NCBI GenBank assembly: GCA_001001045.1
Contig: LCIL01000001.1
Coordinates: 442 to 64,441 of the forward strand
Direction of reading: 5' to 3'
From: Candidatus Woesebacteria bacterium GW2011_GWA1_44_23
GTDB lineage: Bacteria; Patescibacteriota; Microgenomatia; UBA8517
Length of the DNA: 64,000 bases
Shown here: one piece after another, positions 36,917 through 47,378 of the stretch
How the letters are laid out: every line of letters starts with the position of its first letter
How positions within the stretch are numbered: the stretch's first letter is position 1
Made by a program: the position numbers and the translations under genes
Notes under the pieces: model-generated
What the model was told of the DNA's origin: nothing
What the model saw: the letters and a program-made list of their open reading frames with translations, nothing else
Database searches by the model: none

Positions 36917-37627
36917 ATGACCCAGAAGACAGTTTTACGTATTGCGGCTGTAGTCTCCGGAATTTCAGGAATAATCATTCTTATGGGGGTAATTTATCCG
37001 ATTATCTCTTACGACACAAACTACGCCTCGAAATACAGTAACTCCGGAAATTACACAAAACTTATTTCCCCCGTAGCCGGTACGACAGAAAAAACTCAAG
37101 GAGTAGTAACAACTACCGAAACAGTGGGAAGTAAGGTGGATTATACCCAGGCAAGCAATTGGTTTCAGGGTGGAGCCACAAAGGAAGATTTTAGTACTTC
37201 AAAAGTCGATTTTTACACGGTCACCATCCCCAAACTTAAAATTAATTCTGGGACTGTGGCAATAGGTGGCGAGGATTTAAGTAAAAGTCTAATTCAATAT
37301 CCGGGGACAGCTCTTCCTGGAAAACGTGGCAACTCGGTTATTTTTGGGCACTCGATTTTACCGATCTTTTATGATCCGAAGAATTACATTTCCATCTTTT
37401 CACTTCTCCCGACTCTTAAAAAAGGAGACATGATATATGTCAGTTATGACGGAGTCTCTTATACTTATCAGGTTGAAACCATGTTTGAAGTACTACCGAC
37501 GGATATCCAGGTACTTGATCAGGATTCAACAGACTCCTTTTTGACACTCGTCACATGTGTTCCGCCGGGAGATCCGGCAAAACCAAAAAGGCTGGTCGTG
37601 CGCGCGAGAGTAGTTCCACCACAATAA
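36917..37627 (+). CDS. Sortase
   Basis: N-terminal TM, PG.RGNSVIFGHS (His), LTLVTC (Cys), RLVVRA (Arg). Confidence 0.93.
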   Translation: MTQKTVLRIAAVVSGISGIIILMGVIYPIISYDTNYASKYSNSGNYTKLISPVAGTTEKTQGVVTTTETVGSKVDYTQASNWFQGGATKEDFSTSKVDFYTVTIPKLKINSGTVAIGGEDLSKSLIQYPGTALPGKRGNSVIFGHSILPIFYDPKNYISIFSLLPTLKKGDMIYVSYDGVSYTYQVETMFEVLPTDIQVLDQDSTDSFLTLVTCVPPGDPAKPKRLVVRARVVPPQ

Positions 37628-37998
37628 TGAAAATACTCGGTATTGATTACGGAAGAAGGAAAGTCGGGCTTGCCATCGCCAATGGGCCGTTAGCTGCGCC
37701 ATGGAAGGTAATTAAATATAAGGACGCAAAAGTTCTTATAGAAAATATTAAAGAAATTATAAGAAAGGAAGGTATCGAAAAAACAGTTGTCGGGGTTTCG
37801 GAGGGCGAAATGGGAGAGGAATCGAAAAAATTTGCAAGAGAGATCGGAGCAGTCACTTTTGATGAAACCCTTTCTACACAGGATGCGCAGATTCGGAGCT
37901 TGGAAGCCGAAATCGGGCAAAGGAAACGTCACGAAATGGAGGATGCCTACGCCGCTGCCATTATACTTCAGAACTTCCTGGATTTTGTTAACGCTTGA
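37627..37998 (+). CDS. yqgF: YqgF/RuvX pre-16S rRNA nuclease
   Basis: ILGIDYGRRKVGLA, DETLST, DAYAAAIILQ. Confidence 0.92.
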   Translation: MKILGIDYGRRKVGLAIANGPLAAPWKVIKYKDAKVLIENIKEIIRKEGIEKTVVGVSEGEMGEESKKFAREIGAVTFDETLSTQDAQIRSLEAEIGQRKRHEMEDAYAAAIILQNFLDFVNA

Positions 37999-38031
37999 CC
38001 TGGGGTTGTCCATGCTATACTCTAAGTACCT

Positions 38032-38232
38032 ATGTTGAAGAACGTAATTGCCCCGATTCAGGCCTGGCTTCTTTCTCAAGGGCGCTGCGTCGGTTGCGGG
38101 ACCGAACTCTCCGAAGGTAAAAAGAAAAATACAAAATATGGTGAGCAGGTTACTTGTATTAAGTGCGGAAGAATTTTTATCCACGACACCAAAACCAATA
38201 AGTATAGAAGAGCGCTTCTGCAAGAAGTTTGA
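38032..38232 (+). CDS. Small Zn-ribbon protein
   Basis: CVGC...CIKC; extended -10 TGcTATACT at 38013-38021. Confidence 0.75.
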   Translation: MLKNVIAPIQAWLLSQGRCVGCGTELSEGKKKNTKYGEQVTCIKCGRIFIHDTKTNKYRRALLQEV

Positions 38233-38238
38233 CTTGAG

Positions 38239-39192
38239 ATGAAGAAACTTTTGTTTTTTCCCCTACTGGTAGCGTTTATGCTTGTCGTGGCTGGCGTTTG
38301 GTTTTATATCAATACGCAGCCCGTCTCAGATAATAAAAATCCCAGTAATTTTATTATTACCAAGGGAGCATCGGCTTCTCAAATCGGCAATAAACTTCAA
38401 TCTTCGGGAATCATTAAAAGTGCATTGGCCTTTAAAATTTATATTCAGTTTACGGGTCAATCCGGGAAACTCCAGTCGGGTCAATTCAAGCTTTCTCCGT
38501 CCTTTTCGCTTTTTCAAAATATCGATTCCCTTCTAAGCGGCCCCATTGAAATTTGGGTAACAATTCCGGAAGGACTTAGGCGCGAAGAAATTGCGGCAAG
38601 ATTCACTGCGGCTTTAGGTAAAGAGAGTACATTTACCGATCAATTCCTGCTTGATTCTAAGGGAAAGGAGGGGTCCCTCTTCCCAGACACTTATCTTTTT
38701 CCGCTGGATGCGTCAGCCTCGATGGTCGTTAAAAAAATGGCGGATACGTTTAATGTCAAGACTTCAGGTTTGACTCCCCGGTCGTCGGGTCTGACTTTTG
38801 CCGAAGCAGTAACGATGGCTTCACTGATTGAGAGAGAAACGAAGGGAGACGCCGAGCGCCCCATCGTTGCCGGAATAATAATGAACAGGCTTGAGATAGG
38901 AATGGCACTTCAGGTCGATGCCTCAGTTCAATATGCGGTAGGGACCTCCAAGGACTGGTGGCCGATTTTGAGGTTGGCCGATCTGAATATAAACTCTCCT
39001 TACAACACATATAAATTTGCAGGGCTTCCACCCACGCCGATTGCAAACCCCGGGCTTTCCTCGCTTACTGCGGCATTTAACCCTGCAGAAACCGATTATA
39101 TGTATTATATTCACGATTCAACCGGTCAGATTCACTACGCCAGCTCGTTAAGTGAGCATAATGCCAATGTTGCCAAGTATCTCGGAAAATAA
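38239..39192 (+). CDS. mltG: Endolytic transglycosylase MltG
   Basis: TIPEG, EGSLFPDTY, ASLIERE, LQVDAS, SPYNTY, GLPPTPIANPG. Confidence 0.95.
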   Translation: MKKLLFFPLLVAFMLVVAGVWFYINTQPVSDNKNPSNFIITKGASASQIGNKLQSSGIIKSALAFKIYIQFTGQSGKLQSGQFKLSPSFSLFQNIDSLLSGPIEIWVTIPEGLRREEIAARFTAALGKESTFTDQFLLDSKGKEGSLFPDTYLFPLDASASMVVKKMADTFNVKTSGLTPRSSGLTFAEAVTMASLIERETKGDAERPIVAGIIMNRLEIGMALQVDASVQYAVGTSKDWWPILRLADLNINSPYNTYKFAGLPPTPIANPGLSSLTAAFNPAETDYMYYIHDSTGQIHYASSLSEHNANVAKYLGK

Positions 39193-39206
39193 AATCAAAG
39201 TGGGTG

Positions 39207-39300
39207 TTGACTTCCTTACGATAGATAATATAATCCGATCTTAGGCGTACATTAATGGTACGTTCGTCCCGCTTCAGTAAACGGCGGGCCTTTAGTGTTT
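39207..39300 (+). promoter_or_regulatory. rpoBC promoter and two-hairpin leader
   Basis: TTGACT(39207)-16-TATAAT(39229); stems GGCGTAC/GTACGTT (39244-39264) and CCCGCT/GGCGGG (39268-39288) followed by a T-rich tract. Confidence 0.65.
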
Positions 39301-39318
39301 GAAAGCCGTCAATAACGA

Positions 39319-42300
39319 ATGACATCTAAGAAACCATCCCGCAGAAATTTTGGGAAACAAGAAAAAAACTTACCCGAAATTAATCTTAGCCAGGTTCAAA
39401 AAGAAAGCTGGCAGTGGTTTTTGGGGGAAGGAATTAAGGAAGAGTTGATTGCGGTTTCTCCGATTGAAGACTTCACCGGGAAAAATTGGCAGTTATCCTT
39501 GGGTGACCACTCCCTGGGGGAACCCACAGTTTTACCTAAAACGGCGCAGAAAAAAGGAATTACATATGCATCCCCGGTTAAGATCCGCGCAACGCTTGTG
39601 AACAAAAGAACCGGAAAAGAGGTTACCCAGGACGTTTTCTTGGGTGATGTTCCCCAGATGACTTCCTCGGGAACATTCATCATCAACGGAATCGAAAGGG
39701 CTGTGATAAACCAAATTGTCCGTTCCCCAGGGGCTTATTTTTCTGGAGAGCTTGACCCGTCTTCGGGTCGGGTTCTATATAAAGCTGAAATTCGCCCTTT
39801 GCATGGAAGCTGGCTTGAATTTGAGACTACAAGGGCGGATATTATCTACGCCAGAATCGACAGGCGCAGGAAAGTGCTGGCAACGGTTTTTTTGAGGGCG
39901 TTGGGATTGGCATCCGATCAGGAGATAATTAATGCTTTTGCCGAAATTGACAAAAACGCCGACCACAAATATATTGCGGCAACTCTAGCCAAAGATTCTA
40001 CAAAAAGCCAGGAAGAGGCTTTGATCGAGATTTACAGAAAGATGAGACCTGGCGAGCCGGCCGTACTTGATAACGCCGAGGCACTTTTTGCAAGTCTGTT
40101 CACGGACGGTAGAAGGTACGATTTAGGACGGGTGGGGAGGTTCAAAATAAACAAGCGTCTGGGAGTTAATCTTCCTAACGAAAAGAGTAACTGGGTTTTA
40201 ACAAGACAGGATGCAGTTGCGGCTGTAACCTACCTCATCGGTTTGCAGAATGGAGTCGGTAAACTTGACGATATCGATCACCTCAGTAACCGGAGATTAA
40301 GAAGGGTCGGGGAGCTCGTAGCGGTAAACGCCTTTAGAGTGGGGCTACTTAGGCTCGAAAGAAGTGTTAAAGAAAAGATGAGCTTGATTTCACCTGACGA
40401 TAAACCGCTCCCGGCTACGCTTATCAACGCCCGCCCGCTGATAGCTTCGCTTAACGAATTTTTCAGAAGCAACCAACTCTCAACAATCCTGGACGACACA
40501 AACCCTCTAAGCGAGGTGGATAACCTCAGGCGCGTTTCCGTTCTCGGGACGGGGGGAATAAATAGGGAAAGAGCCAGCTTTTCCATACGTGACGTTAATG
40601 CCTCCCAATACGGAAGGATTGATCCTGTCAGGTCCCCCGAAGGGCCAAATATCGGACTTGTTACTTACCTCGCACTTTATGCCAAAGTTGACGAGTTTGG
40701 TTTTATTGAAGCTCCTTACAGGAAGGTGGAAAAAGTGGGGAAGAAGGTAAAGGTAACCGATGAAATAGTCTATTTAACGGCAGATGACGAGGAGGACCAC
40801 TATATTACCCATTCAGGGATAGGGATAGATGCTGGCGGGTTCATTACCGACAAACGTGTGCCCCTCAGGTATAGAGGCAAATTTATTGAAGGATCAGCAA
40901 ACCTGGTTGAATATATAGACGTGACTCCGAGAGAAGTAGTTGGGGCTTCTGCGTCTTTGATTCCTTTTTTGGCTAACGATGAGGGCAATAGAGCTCTTAT
41001 GGGAAGCAACATGCAATGTCAGGCGGTTCCACTTGTGAATCCCGAATCCCCCGTGGTCGGGACAGGAATGGAAGGGGTAATTTCTGCCGGAATGCAAAGA
41101 GTAATTTATGCGAGACATGCGGGAGTCGTTGAGTATGTTGATGGTGAAAAAGTTATCGTAAAACTGGACAAAAAGGCTGATGGAGAGGGGCTTGAGAATA
41201 TTGACATTGAGATCATCGAAGGCGGTAAAAAAGAAGTTTACTATCTGACCAAATTTAAACGTACCGCTCACTCAACCTGTTACAACCAGATAGCAAGGGT
41301 GTCGCCCGGCCAAAAAGTTGAAGGCGGAGAACTTTTGGTTGACGGCCCCGCAAGCGAAGGGGGAGAACTAGGATTAGGACGCAACCTAACGATAGCCTAT
41401 ACCAGTTTTGGAGGATACGGATTTGAAGATGCGATTCTTATATCCGAAAGACTTGTGAAAGAGGACCTTTTGACATCGATTCACATCGAGGAATATGAAG
41501 CCGAGGTAGTTGACACTAAACTGGGTCCGGAAGAAATAACCAATGACATTCCGAACGTTTCCGAAGCAGAGTTGGGCAATCTTGCCGGTGACGGAATAGT
41601 TATGATTGGAGCGGAAGTCGGACCGAACGATATACTGGTAGGTAAAATAGCTCCAAAAGGGGAAACGGAATTGACTTCCGAGGAAAGACTTCTGAGAGCC
41701 ATTTTTGGTGAAAAAGCGCGTGAAGTGAGGGACACTTCCCTCAGGATTCCTCATGGTGAACGCGGAATTGTCGTTGATGTCCAGATTTTGGACAGGGATA
41801 AGGGGGACGAACTTGGCCCGGGAGTGATAATGAAAGTGATTGTAAGGGTTGCCCAGATCAGAAAGATTACTGTCGGAGATAAAGTTGCTGGACGCCACGG
41901 AAACAAGGGAGTCGTGGCCAAGATTCTACCGGTTTCCGATATGCCGTACATGGCAGATGGAACTCCTGTTGATATCCTAATTTCTCCCCTTTCCGTTATT
42001 TCCCGTATGAATCTTGGACAGCTCATGGAAGCCCACCTCGGCTGGGCCCTTAAGACCAAGGATGAAAAAGGAGCCCTTCCTGTTTTTGATAAGATCGGGG
42101 CTGATATTATAGCAAAAGAACTTGCCGAAGCCGGCCTTCCTGTTACCGGAAAAACAAGGCTTTTCGACGGCCGTACGGGAGAAGCTTTTAAAGAAGACAC
42201 TGTGGTTGGGATCAGTTACATAATGAAGCTTATCCATATGGTTGAGGATAAAACTCATGCCCGTTCCACTGGTCCGTACTCACTGGTCACCCAACAGCCT

Positions 42301-42687
42301 CTGGGCGGAAAAGCTCAGATGGGAGGACAGCGGTTGGGGGAAATGGAAGTCTGGGCACTTGAATCTCATAGAGCAAGCCACACTTTGCAGGAAATGTTAA
42401 CCATAAAAAGCGACGATGTTTTAGGCCGTGCTAAAGCATTTGAAGCAATTGTCAAAGGCATAGAAATTCCGGAGGCGACGATTCCGGAGAGCTTTAAAGT
42501 GCTGGTAAGAGAGCTTAACTCGTTGGGCCTTGCGGTAGAACCTAAAGGCGCGATTGTTGCCAAGGTTGATGAAGAAATCGTGACGGAAGGGTCGGAACTT
42601 GCCCAGGCGGCCGGCGCTGAAATGGTTGCAACAGATGAGTTAATTGCAGATAAAGGCCCGATGGAGGTAGAGGAGGTAGTAATTTAA
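39319..42687 (+). CDS. rpoB: RNA polymerase beta subunit
   Basis: FIINGIER, PEGPNIGL, RALMGSNMQ, GDKVAGRHGNKG, GGQRLGEMEVWAL. Confidence 0.99.
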   Translation: MTSKKPSRRNFGKQEKNLPEINLSQVQKESWQWFLGEGIKEELIAVSPIEDFTGKNWQLSLGDHSLGEPTVLPKTAQKKGITYASPVKIRATLVNKRTGKEVTQDVFLGDVPQMTSSGTFIINGIERAVINQIVRSPGAYFSGELDPSSGRVLYKAEIRPLHGSWLEFETTRADIIYARIDRRRKVLATVFLRALGLASDQEIINAFAEIDKNADHKYIAATLAKDSTKSQEEALIEIYRKMRPGEPAVLDNAEALFASLFTDGRRYDLGRVGRFKINKRLGVNLPNEKSNWVLTRQDAVAAVTYLIGLQNGVGKLDDIDHLSNRRLRRVGELVAVNAFRVGLLRLERSVKEKMSLISPDDKPLPATLINARPLIASLNEFFRSNQLSTILDDTNPLSEVDNLRRVSVLGTGGINRERASFSIRDVNASQYGRIDPVRSPEGPNIGLVTYLALYAKVDEFGFIEAPYRKVEKVGKKVKVTDEIVYLTADDEEDHYITHSGIGIDAGGFITDKRVPLRYRGKFIEGSANLVEYIDVTPREVVGASASLIPFLANDEGNRALMGSNMQCQAVPLVNPESPVVGTGMEGVISAGMQRVIYARHAGVVEYVDGEKVIVKLDKKADGEGLENIDIEIIEGGKKEVYYLTKFKRTAHSTCYNQIARVSPGQKVEGGELLVDGPASEGGELGLGRNLTIAYTSFGGYGFEDAILISERLVKEDLLTSIHIEEYEAEVVDTKLGPEEITNDIPNVSEAELGNLAGDGIVMIGAEVGPNDILVGKIAPKGETELTSEERLLRAIFGEKAREVRDTSLRIPHGERGIVVDVQILDRDKGDELGPGVIMKVIVRVAQIRKITVGDKVAGRHGNKGVVAKILPVSDMPYMADGTPVDILISPLSVISRMNLGQLMEAHLGWALKTKDEKGALPVFDKIGADIIAKELAEAGLPVTGKTRLFDGRTGEAFKEDTVVGISYIMKLIHMVEDKTHARSTGPYSLVTQQPLGGKAQMGGQRLGEMEVWALESHRASHTLQEMLTIKSDDVLGRAKAFEAIVKGIEIPEATIPESFKVLVRELNSLGLAVEPKGAIVAKVDEEIVTEGSELAQAAGAEMVATDELIADKGPMEVEEVVI

Positions 42688-42692
42688 TAATT

Positions 42693-45600
42693 ATGGAACA
42701 ATTAGCTGATTTAAAGAATTTAACCGATTTTAAGAGCCTACTTATAAAATTTGCCTCACCTGAGGAAATCCGTGCTTGGAGCCGTGGTGAGATTACCAAG
42801 CCGGAAACCATAAACTACAGAACTCTTAAACCCGAAAAAGACGGTCTTTTTGACGAAAGAATTTTTGGTCCCACAAAAGACTGGGAATGTTATTGTGGAA
42901 AATATAAGAGGATCAGGTACAAAGGAGTTATTTGTGACAAATGCGGAGTTGAGGTTACCCAGTCGAGAGTCAGGCGTGAGAGGATGGGCCACATTACTCT
43001 GGCAACTCCTACGGCACACGTATGGTTTTTCAAAGGGGCGCCTTCGAAAATCTCCCTTCTTTTAGGTGTTGCTCCAAGGGGAATTGAGCAGGTTATTTAT
43101 TTTGCCAGATATTTGGTTACTGAAGTAGATGACGAAAAGAAGAAGGACGCTCTCAAAAATATCCTAAAGGCCAGAGACGAAAGACTGGATGAGGTTGCGG
43201 AAAATTTCAAATCCAGAAGGGATACGTTAAAAGTTGAGGAAAAGGATGCAAAAGAAAAGATTGAGACTAAGATTAAAAATAAAGAACAGGCTTCTTTGGC
43301 AACGGCAGAGATTGAACTAAACCTTAGAAAGAAAGAGGCGGCAATTAACGAAGAAGAAAAAGCCACTACCAACAAGACAAGTGAGCTTTTTGACAATTTG
43401 ACGGCGGTCGCAAAAAGCCTGCATCCTTTAAGCATCCTAAGCGAGGAGGAATTTGATGAACTTTACGAACACGAGGCTACTGATTTCTTTACGGCAAAAA
43501 TGGGAGCGGACGCCATCCTTAACGCGGTTGAGAAAATTAATTTGGAAGAAATATCCAAAGTTCTGAGAGAGGAAATCGGTTCCATCAAGGGCGGAAGCAG
43601 CAAGTATGTAAAACTTGTAAAAAGACTGAAGCTTATCGACGGGCTTAGGCGGGCTAAGGTGAACCCTTCCTGGATGATTTTGAGAGTGCTTCCCGTTCTG
43701 CCTCCGGACTTGCGTCCGATGGTACAACTTTCCGGCGGAAGGTTTGCGACGAGTGACTTAAATGATCTTTATAGAAGGGTTATCAATAGGAATAACAGGC
43801 TTAAGCACTTGATTTCATTGGGTGCACCCGAAATAATTCTTCGAAACGAAAAGAGAATGCTTCAGGAAGCGGTGGATTCTTTGATTGATGCGTCTCAAAG
43901 AAAAGCAACCAGGAAAAGCCGCGGTAGGCAACCCCTAAGATCCCTGAGTGACATGCTCCGCGGTAAACAGGGCAGGTTTAGGCAAAACCTTTTGGGTAAG
44001 AGAGTGGATTATTCGGGAAGAAGTGTCGTTATTGTAGGCCCAGAGCTCAAGCTCACTCAGTGCGGGCTTCCTAAAGATATGGCCCTCGAAATGTTCAAAC
44101 CTTTTGTCCTCCGTGAGATGATTGCAAGAGGCATCGCCCCTAACGTCAAAAGCGCCAAAAACATGCTTGACAGGCGCCCACCTGAAGTTTTTGACATCCT
44201 GGAGGAAATTACCAAGGATCATCCGGTGCTCCTTAACCGTGCTCCGACTCTACATAAACTTTCAATTCAGTCGTTTTATCCGATATTAATCGAAGGAAGT
44301 GCAATTAGGCTCCATCCGGCGGTTTGTTCCGGATTTAATGCCGACTTTGACGGTGACCAAATGGCGGTTCATGTTCCTCTTTCAACAAAAGCGGTTGAGG
44401 AAGCAAGAACCTTAATGCTCCCGACAAATAATTTGCTAAAACCAAGCGACGGAGGTCCTGCGGCCACCCCATCCAGTAAGGAAATTGCCTTGGGTGCATA
44501 CTATCTGACGAGTGAAGATACCAGACTTTCCACCTATCCGACAATTTTTGCGGATAAAGATGAAGCAATTTATGCCTACCAATCGGACCATCTTGAAGTC
44601 AGACAAAAAATTCGGGTAAAAATTGGTAGCGGCATCACTGAAACTACGGTGGGCAGACTTCTTTTTAACGAAGTCCTGCCGGAAAATTTCGATTTCATCA
44701 ATGAGGCCGTGACTTCCTCGGTTATTAAATCTTTGTTCGTTAAAGCATATGCTACCGTTTCTAGGGAGCGTGTTGTTCAGCTGGTTGATGACGTAAAGGA
44801 CTTAGGATTTTTCGGAGGCACAATTTCCGGAATTTCATTCGGCATTTTTGATGCCAAACTTTACCCCGGGAAAGCAAAAGCATTGGAGGATGCTGATGGC
44901 AGGGTATCGGAAATTGAGGAAAACTTTAATCAGGGTCTAATTACCCAAGAGGAAAAAAGACGGCTTACCCAGGAAGTCTGGATTGAAGTTTCGGAAGACC
45001 TGGCCGACAAAACCTGGAATGAAATGGAGCCTACAAACCCAATTCGTGTCGTCATTGATGCCAAAGTCGGGCGTGCTTCAAGAGACCAGGTTAAACAGTT
45101 GGCGGCCATCCGCGGACTTGTCGTTGATCCCATGGGTAAAATTGTTGAACTTCCTATTAAGAGTAACTTTAGAGAAGGGCTTTCGGTCTTTGAATATGTC
45201 ACTTCTTCCCGCGGTTCCAGAAAAGGTTTGACCGACAGCGCTATTAAAACTGCAGACGCCGGATACTTAACCAGGAGACTGGTCGATGTAGCTCATGACG
45301 TAATAATCAGGCTTGAGGATTGTGGTACAAAAGAAGGATATGAAATCAAAAAAGAAGCCCGTCCAAATGTTTTTGCCCAAAGAATCTTTGGCAGATTTTT
45401 AGCCAAGGATGTTACTCTTCCCAAAGGAAAGACGATTTTGGCAAAGACAGGAGAAATCATTGATGAAGCTACAGCCAAGAAGATTGATGAGGCTGGGGTG
45501 ACCTCGGTATTTGTAAGATCTCCCTTAACATGTGAGGCTAGGTATGGAATGTGCGTGAAGTGCTACGGTTGGGATCTCGGAACAAAGGATACGGTAGAGG

Positions 45601-46412
45601 TCGGAATGCCTGTTGGGGTGGTTGCCGCCCAATCCATCGGAGAGCCTGGAACCCAGTTAACCCTTCGTACAAAACACGCCGCCGGTGTTGTTGGAGTTGA
45701 CGTTACCCAGGGACTTCCTAGGGTTGAAGAACTGGTCGAGGCCAGACTTCCCAAAGTTGTGTCGGCACTCTCTGAAATTACAGGTAAAGCCCGCATAGTA
45801 GAAACGGACGAAGGATGGAAAGTCACCATTACCTCCAAAGGAACTCCCAAAGAAGAAAAAGAGTATATTATTGCCAAGACCCTGGAACTGGTAATTGAGG
45901 ACGGTTCGGTGGTTGAGGCCGGACAAGCCCTGGCCAAGGGAGCTCTCGATATAAAAGACATTCTTTCGATTAAAGGGTTGAGGGCTGCGCAGGATTATTT
46001 GGTCAGCGAGATTCAGAAAGTTTACGAATCTCAGGGAATCCCCATCAACGACAGACATTTTGAGGTAATAGCCAGGAAGATGAGTGATGAAGTAAGAATC
46101 GTAACGACCGGAGATACACCGTTTTTGCCTGGGGAGTTGGCAAGCCGTGCCAGCTTTGAGGAAGAGAATGATAAAGTCTTGGCCGCCGGCGGGGAGCCCG
46201 CGAGCGCCCAACAGGTAGTGTTGGGGATAACAAGAAGGGCACTATACACCGACAGTTGGCTTTCCGCAGCCTCATTTGAGCAGACCACCGATGTTTTGAC
46301 AGAGGCTTCCTTGCTCGGGCGCGAGGATAAACTCGTGGGACTTAAAGAAAACGTTATAATTGGGAGGCTTATTCCGGTCACCGCAGAAAGGGCGGCAATG
46401 CCGCAAGGGTAA
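42693..46412 (+). CDS. rpoC: RNA polymerase beta' subunit
   Basis: Zn ribbon, NADFDGD catalytic motif, [16 protein letters not shown]; coiled-coil insertion near the N-terminus. Confidence 0.99.
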   Translation: MEQLADLKNLTDFKSLLIKFASPEEIRAWSRGEITKPETINYRTLKPEKDGLFDERIFGPTKDWECYCGKYKRIRYKGVICDKCGVEVTQSRVRRERMGHITLATPTAHVWFFKGAPSKISLLLGVAPRGIEQVIYFARYLVTEVDDEKKKDALKNILKARDERLDEVAENFKSRRDTLKVEEKDAKEKIETKIKNKEQASLATAEIELNLRKKEAAINEEEKATTNKTSELFDNLTAVAKSLHPLSILSEEEFDELYEHEATDFFTAKMGADAILNAVEKINLEEISKVLREEIGSIKGGSSKYVKLVKRLKLIDGLRRAKVNPSWMILRVLPVLPPDLRPMVQLSGGRFATSDLNDLYRRVINRNNRLKHLISLGAPEIILRNEKRMLQEAVDSLIDASQRKATRKSRGRQPLRSLSDMLRGKQGRFRQNLLGKRVDYSGRSVVIVGPELKLTQCGLPKDMALEMFKPFVLREMIARGIAPNVKSAKNMLDRRPPEVFDILEEITKDHPVLLNRAPTLHKLSIQSFYPILIEGSAIRLHPAVCSGFNADFDGDQMAVHVPLSTKAVEEARTLMLPTNNLLKPSDGGPAATPSSKEIALGAYYLTSEDTRLSTYPTIFADKDEAIYAYQSDHLEVRQKIRVKIGSGITETTVGRLLFNEVLPENFDFINEAVTSSVIKSLFVKAYATVSRERVVQLVDDVKDLGFFGGTISGISFGIFDAKLYPGKAKALEDADGRVSEIEENFNQGLITQEEKRRLTQEVWIEVSEDLADKTWNEMEPTNPIRVVIDAKVGRASRDQVKQLAAIRGLVVDPMGKIVELPIKSNFREGLSVFEYVTSSRGSRKGLTDSAIKTADAGYLTRRLVDVAHDVIIRLEDCGTKEGYEIKKEARPNVFAQRIFGRFLAKDVTLPKGKTILAKTGEIIDEATAKKIDEAGVTSVFVRSPLTCEARYGMCVKCYGWDLGTKDTVEVGMPVGVVAAQSIGEPGTQLTLRTKHAAGVVGVDVTQGLPRVEELVEARLPKVVSALSEITGKARIVETDEGWKVTITSKGTPKEEKEYIIAKTLELVIEDGSVVEAGQALAKGALDIKDILSIKGLRAAQDYLVSEIQKVYESQGIPINDRHFEVIARKMSDEVRIVTTGDTPFLPGELASRASFEEENDKVLAAGGEPASAQQVVLGITRRALYTDSWLSAASFEQTTDVLTEASLLGREDKLVGLKENVIIGRLIPVTAERAAMPQG

Positions 46413-46413
46413 T

Positions 46414-46842
46414 ATGCCAACAATTAATCAACTTACAAGAAAGGGTAGGAAACGGATTGTCAAAAAGACAAAAACCACGGCTCTAAAAAGATGGTTTAAT
46501 GCCAAAGACAGAAAGTTTTCCGAAAGCCACTCCGCTTTTAAGCGGGGAGTTGTCTTGGCCGTCCGTACCATGACGCCCAAAAAGCCAAACTCAGCCCTCC
46601 GTAAAGTGGCCAGGGTGCGCCTTTCAAATAAACAGGAAATTACGGCCTATATTCCGGGTGAAGGGCACGAACTCGCGGAACATTCAATTGTTTTAGTACG
46701 TGGAGGCCGGGTTAAAGATCTTCCGGGAGTAAAATATCATGTGGTTAGAGGTAAATATGATACGACAGGTGTGGCAGGTAGGCAGACGGGAAGAAGCAGA
46801 TACGGAGCCAAGAAAGGACAAGGAGGGGCGAAAGCCGCGTAA
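46414..46842 (+). CDS. rpsL: 30S ribosomal protein S12
   Basis: [24 protein letters not shown]. Confidence 0.98.
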   Translation: MPTINQLTRKGRKRIVKKTKTTALKRWFNAKDRKFSESHSAFKRGVVLAVRTMTPKKPNSALRKVARVRLSNKQEITAYIPGEGHELAEHSIVLVRGGRVKDLPGVKYHVVRGKYDTTGVAGRQTGRSRYGAKKGQGGAKAA

Positions 46843-46845
46843 GCT

Positions 46846-47325
46846 ATGGCAAGAAAGGGAACCATAAGACCAAAAATTTTAGAACCGGATCCGATTTACG
46901 GAAGCCGCTTGGTGACAAAACTTATCAATAGGAGCATGTACGATGGTAAAAAATCAGTTGCCAGGACCGAAATCTACGAGGCTTTTGAGCTGATTAAAGA
47001 AAGATCCGGCGAAGATCCGTTGAAGATTTTTAATCAAGCCCTAGAAAATATCAAGCCCACAATGGAAGTTCGTGCCAGAAGAATCGGTGGAGCCGCATAC
47101 CAGGTCCCGGCACCGGTAAGAGGCCCCAGGCGGGAATCCTTGGCAATCAGGTGGCTGATAGCGGCCGCGAATGCAAGGTCAAATTCCGATTTTCACACCT
47201 ACGGCAAAAAACTTGCTGCCGAAATAATGGATGCGGCCAAAAGTGAGGGAGCTGCCGTCAAAAAGAGGACAGACATGGAAAGATCAGCAGAAGCGAATAA
47301 GGCTTTTGCACACTTTAGGTGGTAG
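46846..47325 (+). CDS. rpsG: 30S ribosomal protein S7
   Basis: RRIGGAAYQVP, AEANKAFAHFRW. Confidence 0.98.
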   Translation: MARKGTIRPKILEPDPIYGSRLVTKLINRSMYDGKKSVARTEIYEAFELIKERSGEDPLKIFNQALENIKPTMEVRARRIGGAAYQVPAPVRGPRRESLAIRWLIAAANARSNSDFHTYGKKLAAEIMDAAKSEGAAVKKRTDMERSAEANKAFAHFRW

Positions 47326-47378
47326 AGATAGAAGTTTCTTCTTTCCTAGAAATCATTTTACAGATAAACTAACTAACT

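Noticed and set aside
36904-37629. ACAATAAT on both sides of the sortase gene considered as a target-site duplication
   Set aside because: An 8-bp AT-rich match is explained by a -10 box and a stop/start overlap, and chance is plausible.
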